A stretch of 64,000 nucleotides of DNA from NCBI RefSeq assembly GCF_000143415.4, contig NW_003314262.1, forward strand, positions 2,468,603 through 2,532,602, in the 5' to 3' direction. The notes under the pieces are model-generated. The model was not told where the DNA came from. It saw nothing but the letters and a program-made list of their open reading frames with translations, and ran no database searches. The stretch's first letter is position 1. Every line of letters starts with the position of its first letter. The DNA comes from Selaginella moellendorffii. Taxonomy: Eukaryota > Plantae > Lycopodiophyta. Positions 12,638 through 24,857 of the stretch are shown in pieces. The translations under genes were made by a program, and so were the position numbers.

Positions 12638-14401
12638 ATGAAAACTATGGCAGATCGAAACAAGTTACTAAGAGCTATACAATCTTGTAGGGATCTCACA
12701 ATTGCACAAGAACTTCACTGCAAGATTAAAATCTTAGACACCTTCTTAGCCAACAAACTGATTGAGATGTACACGAGCTGTGGAAGCCCAAAGAACGCTC
12801 GCAAAATTTTTCAAAGCATCCGCAGAAAAGACTACTACTCCTGGGATTTGATATTGGAAGCGTATGTACAAGACGGGCATATGGAGGAGGCCCAAAAAAT
12901 CTTCACTGCTATGCCCCACAGGAATCTTGTCTCGGGAACAACAATGCTCAAATTTCATGGCGAACTCGGCTTGATCAAAGAGGCCGTAAAAATTTTCGAC
13001 TCTATGCCCGAGAGGGACTTAGTTTTATGGACGGCAATGCTTTCTACTTATGCCACCAGTGGGCATTTTGTAGATGCCGAGCGCATTTTTGACGAGATGC
13101 CTGAGAGGAGTTTTGTCGTATGGAATGCCAAGCTCACGGCATATTCTCAAAGCGGGAACCTGGAATACGCCAAGCGCGCGTTTGACGAGATGCCTGAGCA
13201 CAATGTGGTCTCCTGGACTGCCATGCTGGCAGCATACTCTGAGATAGGGAATCTTGGCGAGGCCATCAGAATCTTTAATGAGATTCGTCAGCGAGATATT
13301 GTGTGCTGGAACGCAATGCTTGCCGCATATGCCCGTGCTGGGTATCTAGAGGAATCTTGGGCATTATACTGTGCCATGCCGTACAGAAGCCTTAGCTCCT
13401 GTAATACGATGGTTTTCACATTTGTACAGAGTAGAAACATCAAGGGTGCCTGGGCAGTATTGGAGGATATGCCACAGACGGATCTTATAACGTGGACAGC
13501 TCTCCTTACAGCATATTCCCAGGACGGGAATGTGGAGGAGGCCAAGCTTGTGTTTGATCAAATACCGCGCCACAATCTCTTCTCTTGGAACACATTGCTT
13601 TCTGTATATACTGCTAACGGGAGACTTGATTCCGCTAAAAGCATCTTTGAAATTATGCCAATGAAGGACCTAGTTTCTTGGAATGCCATACTTGCGGCAT
13701 ATGCCCAATGCGAGCATCTGGAGCTAGCAAAATTTACGTTTGATGGGATGCCCGAGAGAGATTCCGTCAGTTGGGACTGTATGCTAGTAGCGTTTTTCAA
13801 TAACGAGCGGCTCGCGGAGTCCAAGGCCGTGTTTGGGAGTATGCCACGGCGTACTGTGGCGTCGTGGACGGTACTGTCCGCAGCATATTCCCAAAGCGGG
13901 CAAGTAGAGATGGCGCGAAAGCTCTTCGGCTGTATGCCGCAGCGGGATACCGCGGCGTGGGGCGGCATCCTGGCGGCATATGCGAGCAATGGCCTGCCCG
14001 GCCAAGCCCTGGACCTCTTCTTTGAAATGCAGCTAGAGGAGGCGCCGAATGCCGCGTGCTTCGAGGCGGCGCTTGCGGCGTGCGTCCATCTCGGCCAGAT
14101 GGACGCTGCGCGGTCGATCTTCGTGTCGATGCGAGAGAGCTACGGCGTCCACCCCTCGAAGCGCGATCACTGCTGCATTGCCGATCTGCTGTGCCGCGCG
14201 GGATCGCTGGACGACGCCATGGATCTCATCGCTGCTATGCCCTTTGCCCCAGATGATTTGGAGTGGAGCTGTGTGCTTCGATCTTGCAGGAATGGGGCGG
14301 ATCTCGCGATCGCGAGGGCCGGGGCGAAATATTTCGACCCGCGCGCCGCCAGTGGCTATGTGCTTGTCGCCAATGCCATGGCAGTGGAGTGGAAGCGCTA
14401 G
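12638..14401 (+). CDS. PLS-class pentatricopeptide repeat protein (many short S-type repeats, degenerate E-like tail, no DYW)
   Basis: Intronless 587 aa ORF with ~31-aa repeats FDEMPERNVVSWTAMLAAYS; ends DLLCRAGSLDDAMDLI..MPF.PD...W. Confidence 0.92.
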   Translation: MKTMADRNKLLRAIQSCRDLTIAQELHCKIKILDTFLANKLIEMYTSCGSPKNARKIFQSIRRKDYYSWDLILEAYVQDGHMEEAQKIFTAMPHRNLVSGTTMLKFHGELGLIKEAVKIFDSMPERDLVLWTAMLSTYATSGHFVDAERIFDEMPERSFVVWNAKLTAYSQSGNLEYAKRAFDEMPEHNVVSWTAMLAAYSEIGNLGEAIRIFNEIRQRDIVCWNAMLAAYARAGYLEESWALYCAMPYRSLSSCNTMVFTFVQSRNIKGAWAVLEDMPQTDLITWTALLTAYSQDGNVEEAKLVFDQIPRHNLFSWNTLLSVYTANGRLDSAKSIFEIMPMKDLVSWNAILAAYAQCEHLELAKFTFDGMPERDSVSWDCMLVAFFNNERLAESKAVFGSMPRRTVASWTVLSAAYSQSGQVEMARKLFGCMPQRDTAAWGGILAAYASNGLPGQALDLFFEMQLEEAPNAACFEAALAACVHLGQMDAARSIFVSMRESYGVHPSKRDHCCIADLLCRAGSLDDAMDLIAAMPFAPDDLEWSCVLRSCRNGADLAIARAGAKYFDPRAASGYVLVANAMAVEWKR

Positions 14402-14510
14402 CGAGGACTCGAACTCGCGTTATCGTCCAAGACGGTTTCTCTATATCCCGCCTCTTTGCATTCCAAAGCTCCCACTAGGGATTTCTAGGGTTTGCGAGGT
14501 TTCCATTCCC

Positions 14511-17500
14511 ATGGCGGCTACGGCGGCGATGGCGCTGGGGTTTGAGGACGGCATCCACAACGTTCACGATCCTCGTCTTCGCCCAGCGCTTCTCCAGGCC
14601 GTGATGCAGACGCATTTGCCGGAAGATCATCACCTCCACAGGTCGCAACAGGACCGGCATTTGATTGGTAGCGGGTCTCGATTGGCGCAGCTGGAATTCG
14701 CCGCGACTCTCATCCGGCGCCATGCATTGCTGTCCGAGCCCATGGCTGCTGCGGCAGTGGCGCCGGGATTGCATCCTTTCCATGGTGGCGCGGCTGCCAA
14801 AGCCGCTGCTGATGCTAGGAAATGCGCGGTGGATGCGTGGGTCGAGCGCTTGCATGGTCTTCTCTCCAGTCCGGTGGTACGCTTGTGTTGTTTCATAAGC
14901 TCCTTGTCTTATCTTTTTCCCTTAGGCTGATTCACGCTATGCGGGAGTGGGACTGCTGGGAATTACCTTTCAGGAATTTACAAGACAACGTTTTCTAGAG
15001 TCTTATGTATCATGGTTTCAGAAACTCCTTGTCCAGCTCAAGGTTTGTGAAAACATAATTGTTACACTTTTGAAACTTCTTCTCTGGCAGCCCACAGAAC
15101 CAACTTTCATCCGCGCAGCAGTCTGTGCTGCGCTTAATGATTTTCTTACGAGGTACTAGAGCTCTCTATCTTGTTCTAAGCTGATTGATTGTTTTTCAGA
15201 TTGGGAAGCTTTCTTGACTACCCGGGAGTGCGGCGCGAAGGCGCCGCTCTGGCTTCTAAGCTGGTCCAGACCCTTGTGCAGCTGCTTACTGACAAGGATT
15301 CCTGCGCAATATGGGTATGTAGAGTCATTGTCGATCGGTCAGTAAATCATTCACTGCCGCTCTTGCAGAATGAGGCTATCGATTTGTTAGCCACCGTTCT
15401 TAAGTATTTTCCGGCTTGTCTCCGACAACAATATAGTAATGTAAGTTCTTTGTGAAACTCCGTTTTTAGGCGTTTTATAATTCAAAGCTTTCAGGTTGAA
15501 AGCATTCTTGTCGCTCAAATCATGGATGCTGACGGTAATACCGCACTTTCTGAGGTATTTATTATCTATGTTTTCGAAGCGCTGGCGGCTAATTCTTTTC
15601 AAATGTTAAGGAACCAGAGGTGTGCTCGATGTTTGGCTTTACTTCCCAGAGCTCATGGCGAAGCGTCAGCATGGAGCGCAATGGTTCGTCGCATCCTCAT
15701 CGCGGTAAACTCCGAGCTCGATAGAGCCTTTCGTGGTATGGAGGAGGGTAAGGACGTCATTTTTTAAGCTGCCTGGTTTTCCTAAGTCTTCTTTGTAGTG
15801 AACGCTGCCGAAGAGGCCACTATGTCATTACAGCCCAGGGAAGGAGGGTGGCATTTTGCTGGCGCAAACATGTCCACTCAAGGAAACAAAAGGTTTTGGC
15901 AACAGTTGGTTCCACGAATATCGTCACTCTTGCAAAGCTGCCATTATCTGCTTGTCAATCCATACCCAGTCCCGGTAAGTACGAGGCAGGTTTGTTTGGA
16001 CCTCTCTTATGGTTCCCTTTGATGAAGGTGCCGGTGCCTATACTTCCTTTACTTGCATTGTCCACAAGGATCCTCAGGGTTGATGGATCTCGCTTGCCAG
16101 CAGCATCACCTCTGTGTGTGTCCGTATCAAGTGCTCATCAAACGGCTCTTTGCTCCGAACTTCCAGCATTACATCTCTGCGCATTGAATCTTCTACATTC
16201 AACCATATGCGGGGCTAGGAGGTACAGTGGACGTACTCCCATGATCTTGTGTCTTACGTTTGCTAGATTGGTCCTTGCAGTCAGCTTCTTCCACGAGCGG
16301 CCCACATTGTCCACTTATTAACTGATGCTTTCCGAAGGTGCGGAGCTGTACCACCTGTTTTGAGAGTTAAGCTTTACAGCATATCCAAGCATTTGTTGAT
16401 ATCCCTCGGTGCAGGTATTTTCGATGGTATACTGTGCATGAGTCATAGTTGTTTACTTTTTTTATCCAGGAATGGCGGAAGCACTTGCTCCTGTAGTTGT
16501 GGGTAATGCTCTATCCGACTTAAGGGGAAGCGCCTCTGGTTCTTTTGTTTTTTCTCCGAGGGGCACTCGTCCCGGAAGCACTATGTCCACCGTTGCTGCC
16601 TGGGGACCTGGGGTAAACCAGAAGAAAAGGAAGGAACCGGGTGGCGTTCCTGTAGACCATCAAGGAAATGGTGTGCCAGATGCAAGCTGTTTCAACGAAA
16701 TAGTGATCCCTGTCTCCGTACAAATCTCTGCATTGCAAGCTTTGGAAGCTTTGCTCACTGCTGTAAGCTGTTATATGCTGTTCTTTATATTATTCTAATC
16801 CTTCAATGTTACAGGGTGGTGCAATGCTTCCGGAACGTGTGCGAGCTGAAGTGGATAGTTTACTTGCAAGCATAGCAATCTTAGCTTCCTCGAAAAGCGC
16901 ATCTGGTGGCGGCTTTGATGACGAGAGCACGTCACTAGAAGGAAATCTGTCGGCGGCATCGGCTTCTTTCCAGGTCGCCGCATACAAGGCACTGCTGGCA
17001 TCTCTATTGTCACCTTGCGCTCATCGGCCTCCCTACCTTGCGCAAGGATTATCAATCTTCCGCAAAGGTATAATCTCTTCTCACGTACATTTTTAGTTTG
17101 GTTATTTATGAGAACTTCATTCAGGTCGAAAAGACGCTGGGAGCGAAGTAGCTGAAGTTTGTGCCCACGCTCTACTCGCTTTAGAAGCACTCATCCATCC
17201 TCGATGCTTGCCACCTCTGGACACTCCCGCGGCGGTGGCCTCGGGCATGGCTGCTTCTGCGGTGGCGGGGGCGAGAGGAAGTGCTTCTGGAAACCCGTCT
17301 ACTAATCCGTCAAGCACTCAGAAGCTCGCAAAGACTGCCTCGAACGCTGCTGCAAATGTTGGAGCAGTTCCAGCTGGGACTCCGCCGACGGGTATAAGCT
17401 TTGCGGCACCCTCAGCTCCTCCAGCTCCTCCAGCATTAAAGGTCAATAATCAGCTGGCTGTGGACCCGTGGGCGGAAGTAGACACTTGGCTTGGTTATGG

Positions 17501-18005
17501 AGAAGATATTGGAGAAGACTGGAGGGGATTGCTCGCTGAAGATTTGAGCGGTGAGGGGCTGGTCTTTAAAGGTGACCAACAAAGTGGTGGTGGTTCGGAG
17601 CAGCCAGCTGCGACAGCAATGGCCGAGGCTGCGGGGGACGAAGTAATTCCAATGGATCCTTTGAGATACGTGGACATCGGTATGCCTGCTACTGCAACGT
17701 CCATGTCGATTCTTTCAACACCCGGTGGCGAATTCAGCTCGTCGCCGAAGAGAGATATACTGGACGTTGCGCGTGCTCAAGTGGCAACCAGCCTGCAAAA
17801 CGACTTTCCAAGTTTTGCGCGGCTCATGGACTCTGAAGACCAGCAGCAAGACAGTGTCCCAGGTAAACAGGAGCCTTGCTCACTCTCGGAAAAGGCACCT
17901 GTTGTGGACCTCTCTAGTTTCGCTGCTTCCAAAATCACTCTAGGATCTGATTCGGAGACTGATGCGCTTCCAGACATTATCGACGGCGATCCAGACAGTG
18001 ATTGA
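14511..18005 (+). CDS. PELP1/RIX1-like ribosome biogenesis factor (multi-exon)
   Basis: N-terminal DPRLRPALL, HEAT-like exons, ELPALH, ALQALEALLT, ALEALIHPRCLP and acidic C-terminus LPDIIDGDPDSD, as in plant PELP1-like proteins. Confidence 0.8.
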
Positions 18006-18096
18006 AGTGTCAGAAGCTACTTCCGAGGTAAACTTTTTTACTTTTGTAGTTTGCATCATCGGGTATGGAGGTCATACCATTAACTTACATTTTCTT

Positions 18097-18854
18097 TCAG
18101 AAGTACCGCGCAAGGCCATCTTTCAATTTCCTGACAACGCTCTTGTTCTCTGCAGCCGGCAACTCTCCGATAACTATCAATTGCTGGACGCGGTCCACAA
18201 TGTCCGCAAGCTCTTTCTTCTTCTGCTCCTCGATCTCGGCTTTCAACTGTGGCAAGTCAGGTTTCTCTTTTTATGTGGAGTCGAGAGATAAAACAAAACT
18301 CGTGGTCGGTTTTTACCCGCTCGGCTTTTGTGAAGGAATCGGCGATGCTCTTCTCGGTGTGCTCGTGGGAGTGGGATTTGATCTTCTGGCACTCTTGCCG
18401 GGCTCTGGCCAGGAGTTTATCGACCCTCACCTGCATTCCACTTGAGATCAAGCATGGTGGAGAAGGCAATCCAATCAGTCAACCTCGGCAGAGTGGACGA
18501 GCATCTCAGCTCGCTGCTCCTCCTTTTTTCGATTCTCCAGCGCTTTGGACTCCTCCAGCATTCGCTGCCTCTCGGCTTTTCCCTGTAGAAAGAGTTCCAG
18601 AAGAGGAGGGGGATGAAGCTACACAGAAACTTGGAAGTATTTCTCGTTACTACCTGGAGCTTGAGAGCCCGTGCTTCGGCCTTGCGAGTGGCGGCTTCCA
18701 AGTAGGCCTGTGCTTCCGTCTCCACACGATTGCGGTGTGCCTCGGCGATGGCCTCGGCTCTTTGGTTGACGCCTTTGCCGATGGACGAAGCTGGGCTTCC
18801 GCACTCGCCTTCTTCTTTGCTGTACACTGCGGCTTTGCGTAGCTGCTGGGCCAT
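18097..18854 (-). CDS. Coiled-coil protein, possibly a divergent remorin C-terminal-like protein (about 4 exons)
   Basis: Spliced helical exons AQAYLEAATRKAEARALKLQ / GKAERQRMLEESK / ...AEIEEQKKKELADIVDRVQQLIVIGELP; the gene itself is fairly clear, the remorin similarity is weak. Confidence 0.5.
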
Positions 18855-19235
18855 TAGAGAGCCGGTTTATAACCAAACTCCCACCGTTATGACAGGTTAT
18901 AACAGCGTGAATCTACATTGTTGGAAGTCGTGAGTTCGATTCCCGCAAGTTAAATTTAAGAGATGCACGGTCAGAACAAACAAAAAATCCTATTATGTGC
19001 AAACCTCCCCTGAAAAACTTATAAAGCCACATGTTATTATATTCATTTAAAAATTTCGAGTTAACTTTACTTTTATAACCTTAAGATTTTTATATATTAA
19101 ATGAAATTCTATAATAATATTTAATTACAAAATTAAACTTAACTTTACCGATCTTGCTAAATATTTTTTGGCAAAAGATTTTTTTTTAAGTACTTATAAC
19201 AATGAAGAATGTAATTATTATTATAAATTGGAATA

Positions 19236-20120
19236 ATGAGAAAGATATATATATCAAACTTTGGCATACTATTGATAATAATAACAACGATTTCACAAGA
19301 TATTAATTTTCAAACAGGTGATTTTGATGTTCTATCTGAAGAAGCAGTAAATATTATTTTCCATGTTATTCAAAATGCAATTAATTCTATACCAAATAGT
19401 GTACTTCCAAGAGATCAAAGCTTCCATGGACTTTTATTACTTGTAAATCCAGGTAGAAGTACTACTTCTATTGTATATGGTATTTATGCATTACAAACAG
19501 CTGCTCAACTTTGTGGTTCAAACAATGAAGGCAATGAAGGATCTATAATTAGAAACTCATTAAATCATATTTTAGCAAGATCATATAACGAGATGAGGAA
19601 CTTTGCTGCTTCCTATATTTATATTAACACTCAACATTTTGTTATTTATTATTACATTAGAAACTATATTCCCCGTCATAATCAAATTTATGCAATAAAA
19701 CTTTTTAATTGTAACGTATTTTCAAGTATCTTAATAAGCGGGTATGTTAATATGTTATATCAATATCTATTAACAACACATTTTTTAATTTCTTCAAACC
19801 AAAAAGCATATTTATATTTAAGTAGTGATTGTAATTTAGTACTATATACTAAAAATAAAAGTTTATGGTCTACACAAACAACAAATAAGGGTACAGAATG
19901 TATATTAAGGTTACAAGAAGATGGAAATTTAGTTTTATATTCTTATAACAAAGAAGTTATTTGGGCTTCTGGTACTTATTGTAAGTATAATAATTGTTAT
20001 GAAAATGCACATTTAGTATTACAAAATAATTGTAATTTAGTATTGTATTTCTCATATCAAAAGGTATTCAGCACTAAACCCATAAAGAAAAATGTATGGA
20101 ATTCACGTACATTTTGCTAA
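19236..20120 (+). CDS. Secreted protein: signal peptide + unknown domain + C-terminal bulb-type (GNA) mannose-binding lectin
   Basis: Intronless 294 aa ORF; hydrophobic N-terminus; lectin motifs SSDCNLVLY, QEDGNLVLY and QNNCNLVLY with intervening LWS/IWAS. Confidence 0.85.
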   Translation: MRKIYISNFGILLIIITTISQDINFQTGDFDVLSEEAVNIIFHVIQNAINSIPNSVLPRDQSFHGLLLLVNPGRSTTSIVYGIYALQTAAQLCGSNNEGNEGSIIRNSLNHILARSYNEMRNFAASYIYINTQHFVIYYYIRNYIPRHNQIYAIKLFNCNVFSSILISGYVNMLYQYLLTTHFLISSNQKAYLYLSSDCNLVLYTKNKSLWSTQTTNKGTECILRLQEDGNLVLYSYNKEVIWASGTYCKYNNCYENAHLVLQNNCNLVLYFSYQKVFSTKPIKKNVWNSRTFC

Positions 20121-20915
20121 ATTATTAGCTTAATAGCTTAAGGTTTTGTAAACTAAAAATAATATGCATAGTTAATAAGAATGGATTAAATCCTCTAAAA
20201 CCAAAACCGCATAAAATATATTCTTCAGTAAATTTCTCTGAGTAAATAATTGAAGGCATTGAATAATGGATAACAAATCGTCTAAAAATAAATGTTTTAT
20301 ACCTACACAAGCCAATAATGGATAATCCACTGACTGATTTCCAACTTGAAAATAATGAGAAAGCATTCAATATGTTAATTTCATGACCACATACTATACT
20401 AATTGATACTGTTTATTATCTATGTTAAACTATCTAGTTTATACAATAGAACGATTGTTAAAGCTCATGGAAAAACTACATTGATCTCTTGATAATGTTC
20501 TTTGATCTTTCTTGGACAAATGATCACTATCCATCATCTGAAAAACTTGTCCAAGCTAAACTAGTACTTAAAATGCTTCTAAATGTTTTTAATGTTTATG
20601 GTATTTGGTATATGTAATTCAATGTTGTCCTATACCAACTCGCAGCTGCCGCTCTCCCCTCCGAGAGCGAGCAAGTGGTCCCGGTTCGTTTTGCGATCAG
20701 TTTAGCTTGTTTCCCCTAAACACTTTTAATACATATCCAGTTAATTCTTTCAATCCCATATACAGCTCTTAGGTACTTTGAAATATCCACTAGTCTGCGA
20801 GTTATTCTTGCCCGACAGTTTGTTTGGGGTCCAAACATGCATGGAGAAGAATAAGAGAAATTTAGAAATCTAGATCAGAGACGTTAATCCTCCTTAGATT
20901 TGGCTAAGTTACTGT

Positions 20916-21464
20916 TTATATGAAAATGCACATTCTCCCAGTAAGATGACCAACGAGACCTGCTTAAGAAGTGGCTAAGAAAACAAACATATCTCCAAAT
21001 ACCTGCAGTGTGGTGCCTACAATCATGCCTGTGGAGAATCAGGTCAGTAGGCCAGGAATTGTTAAACTCCACAGCAGAAGTAAGATCCAATCCAGGAAGC
21101 ATGTTGCCAACAAGCTCAATTCTGCTGGAAGGAAGCCTTGGCAGCCTTCTTTGCTGCACAATTCCTTGCAAACAATACAAATCTTATACTATTTGGAAGA
21201 AAGAAATCCAAATCTACCTGAGACTTGCTGGCCACAAATCAAGGCCAGTGCCACGAGAGGGTCCTCTGGATTCTCTGGCTGGAAATCAAACACTGTGCAC
21301 TGCTGCTTGGATTGGACAATGGTCATGTAGTGGCAAAGCTTTGTAGTTCCACTGGCTTCCACTGCGTTGATAAGCCAAGATGGAGGACCTGGAGGAACAC
21401 GAAGAGGAACTGTAGCCACATAGACTTTTGCGCAAGAACAAGACGCTGGATTGTAGAGAGCCAT
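20916..21464 (-). CDS. Conserved plant protein with permuted papain/PPPDE-like His...Cys motifs (3 exons)
   Basis: Spliced HYMTIV..FDFQPENPED..ALAL / ..FNNSWPTDLILHRHDCRHHTA / GLVGHLTG; GT-AG introns near 21214-21167 and 21003-20960. Confidence 0.65.
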
Positions 21465-21517
21465 TGCTCTCGTTTAGAAAAATCTATATACAATCACTAG
21501 TATACCACACAAATGGA

Positions 21518-24500
21518 TTAGAAATACGATGACTGAGAGTGGAGTACCTGGAGATGAGCTAAAATCCTTGCCGCCATCGGCCTCGTCACGCTGTTACCTC
21601 GCGAGGTCAGCTCGATAAGTGGCATCTGAGCCGAGCTCCCAAACTCGTTCCGGTACCTGTCGATACGGAACACCTTCTCCAGCATCCACAGCGCCTTTTC
21701 TTTCGCCTCCGGCGTTCCAAACGTGATAACTCTCACCAGGCTGCGAATCCCGCGAGCATCCGCGATGACTTTCACTCCCTTCTGCCAGATCTCGTCGTGG
21801 AGCAGCGTCGCTAGCGCAGCGAGTGCGGCTTCCTGGACTTGGGCCTCGCTCGCCTCCAGGCACTGGATCAGCGGAGCCACTGCTTTGGCCTCGAGCATGC
21901 AAAACGAGCCTCTCTCGGAGCAGTGGCCTTGGTGGAGCTCGCACCCTGTTTCTCGAGGCCGGAAGAAGCACGAGAACAATCCGGCGCTGCTTCTCGCCAC
22001 GGGCGTGGAAAGCCTTCGGGAACTCTCCGAGAACTGTGCCAGTCCTGTCGCAGCTCTCGCTCTTGCCAGTGGACTCCCCGCCGAAAGTACGTCGACCAGG
22101 CGTGACACGGCACCGTGATCAGCAGCCAGGCGTTGCAAGTCCTCCCGTGCTGGCCTTGTAAAGTGTAGTAGCACCGCCACCGAGTTCTCCACGACCGAGT
22201 CTTGGACGCTCTTTGGCATGGCTCTCGTACCCCGAACCACACCGTCCAGGAGATTTAGCGTTGGAGGAAGCGCTCCGGCTTGGAGCAGCCTCTCGATCAC
22301 TTGGTTGTCGGTTGACGGGAGGTTGCCAAGGATCCCAACGGCGGCAGCTTTTTCTTCGTCCGAGCTCCATGTAGCCGATAGTACGTCGACTAACGTCTTG
22401 AAGCTAGTCGGGCCAAGGAACTCGGATATCTCACGTCCAGAGCCATCTCCCGACAGGCAGAAGAGCAGTTTGAGAGCGTAGACTCGGACGCCAGAATCGC
22501 TGTTTTCGCAAAATGGAAGCAGCAGCTGGATGGCGTCTGCCGCTCTTAGGATGTTTCTGGCCCCTGCGGCGTCTCTAGAAGTAGCAATTCCGTAGAGTGC
22601 ACGTAGAAGATGTCCCTGGATCTCTGGCCCGGCGAGATTGAGTAGCGAAAGCAGTTGCACTAGTGTATCTTCGGATTCCAGCACCTCGTTGCTCTTGGAT
22701 GTATTCGCAGGTGACGATGCCAGATTGGCAAAAGTTGCTGCAGCTTGTTCTTTGAGCGTGACCAAGGAAGACGTGACTGAGCACAAGAGCCTGAGCAGGG
22801 AGGGGACGACGCCCGCAGCAATCATTTCGTCCCTATTGTCCGGAAGCGTTGACAAGTTTTGAAGTGCACCAAGCGCTGCAGATTTGGCTTCCAAGTTACC
22901 CAGGGAGATCATTTTCACAAGAGGACCTATAGCTCCATCCTGTGCTAATGTCGCTTTGCCTTGATCCGTAAGGCCCATTCTCGCGATCGCACTTGCCATT
23001 AAAATCTTGTCCTTGTCCGAGCCTACAAATACCAGTAAAACAGATGAAATGCCTGTTCCAAAAGAGAAACATGCATACCTTCAGCAAGCCGGACAGCAAG
23101 AGGTCTAAAGTAGTTTGCCTCGGCCATTTGTACCACGTTCTGGCTGTTGTTCGAAAGAGCATCCAGCAAAGCCGTGGCATCCTGAACAGCGCTTTCGATC
23201 TCGTTCCTCAGCGTCGCAAGCAGAAGAATGCATCCCTGAGCTTTCCCAATCTGGTCGCAAATCCTGGGAACCTTCGATAGCTCCAACAGGAGCTTGACCG
23301 CTTCCTTTCGCTCTTCACCATCTCGCGACAGCGACCTCACCGTGAGGGGCAGTGCACCTGCGTCCATTATCCTTTCCTGCCTCAAAGTGTCGCAATTTAG
23401 AGCCTTGCCTGCACAACTGAATCAGACCATCAAGGAGCAAAAGGTGACAGAGCATACCTTGTTCTCGTTGCCAGCAGCAAGGCTAGAAAGCGCAGCCAGA
23501 GTTTTCATCCTTGTAGCTCTTTGTTTGGACTCGAGCAAGCTCACTATAACCGGGAGAAGTCCAGCTTCGGCAATCCAAGTGGGGTTCCGAGGCCTCTCTT
23601 CGCTAAGCCTGTGTAGTTCCCATAGTCCAGCTTGTACCTCAGTATCCTCCTGACTCTTGATCTTTCTTCCGCAAGCCTCGATATTGTACCGCGTGCTTCT
23701 GTCTCTGGACTCCTCGATCGCAGATCTCAAAGAGTGGTTCGGCTTCAACTCGAAGCTGTCGAGCTCGACCCCAGTCACGGGGCACACAGTGTTCCCATCC
23801 CGAAACCACTTCTCAATGGCGCTCCTCTCGAAAGTCTGGCCGGAAGCAATCTCCACCGGGTCCTCCATGAGAGCTCTCGTCAGCTGGCAGTAGAAAGGCA
23901 TGTACTGCCAGTTACTCCCAGTCACTCTATGAAACTCCCCACTGCCACCATTCTTCACGTTGGCGGCGCTCAAGAGCCCAATGATCTGCTCAAGCTGATA
24001 CGCCTCGGCTCGGTTCTTCCGGAGCTCGGCCTCTTCCTTCTCCTTCTTAAACTCCTCCAGCTCCTGAGCGAGAGCGAGTGTGTTCTGAGGCACTCCAACG
24101 GACCTGGCAATCTGGAGCAGCAGATCATTCGCGAAAGCACTGTCTGTTCGTTGGTCTCGGATCCCCAGCTCGATCTTCTCCACGAGCTCCTCGTCGGCGG
24201 CAGCAGCTCGAAACTGGGCGCTTTGCATGTCCACCAAGAGCTTGGAAGTCACCTCGCGGCTGTCCACCGAGATGTTCATGCTCGCCAGTGGAATGAGGCT
24301 CAAACACCTCCCAATCTCGTGCGTGATGTCCTGGACTTGCTTGACGAGCGTCCGGCAGTGTAGAAGAAGGTAGATCCGGCTCTTCGATCCACACAACTGG
24401 ATCAACTCCTGTGCCTTCTTCATCTCCCTCTCCAGGCTCTCCAGCGAGACTCTCATCGGCGGCGTGTCCCTCACATTCTTATCGTGGAGCTCTCGCAACA

Positions 24501-24663
24501 CGGGCAAGATCTTCTCCAGGTAGCTCCCAAGCTCGCTAAAGCTCTCCCTCTCGATCAACACATCCTTGGCAGCCATGGCCGTGTCCGTTACCTGGACTAC
24601 CAATCGAGCCAGCACCTCGGAGATCGGTGCCAACACCGCATTCCCTATGCCGCCGCGCAGCAT
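21518..24663 (-). CDS. U-box/ARM E3 ubiquitin ligase, PUB43/44 (SAUL1/NOP1)-like
   Basis: U-box PFYCQLTRALMEDPVEIASGQTFERSAIEKWF..CP, ARM repeats, C-terminal ARILAHLQVLHSQSSYF. Confidence 0.9.
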
Positions 24664-24857
24664 TCTGTCCAATCCCAGAATCTCTCGCGAAATCTCTAGA
24701 ATCTAAGATCCAGAAGCATTCTTTCCTCAGATCCCAGCGAAGTCCTCCAGGAACTGGCGCTCGCTCGCTCGATCCTCACCTCGTTAATGCAATCGCCAAA
24801 CGCTGCTCGTCAAGTCAAGACCGTGTCCTCTTAAGAACCCTAAAAACAGGAGTGTTA

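Noticed and set aside
18925-18950. B-box-like GAGTTCGATTCC as a tRNA or SINE
   Set aside because: No A-box, cloverleaf or tail could be identified
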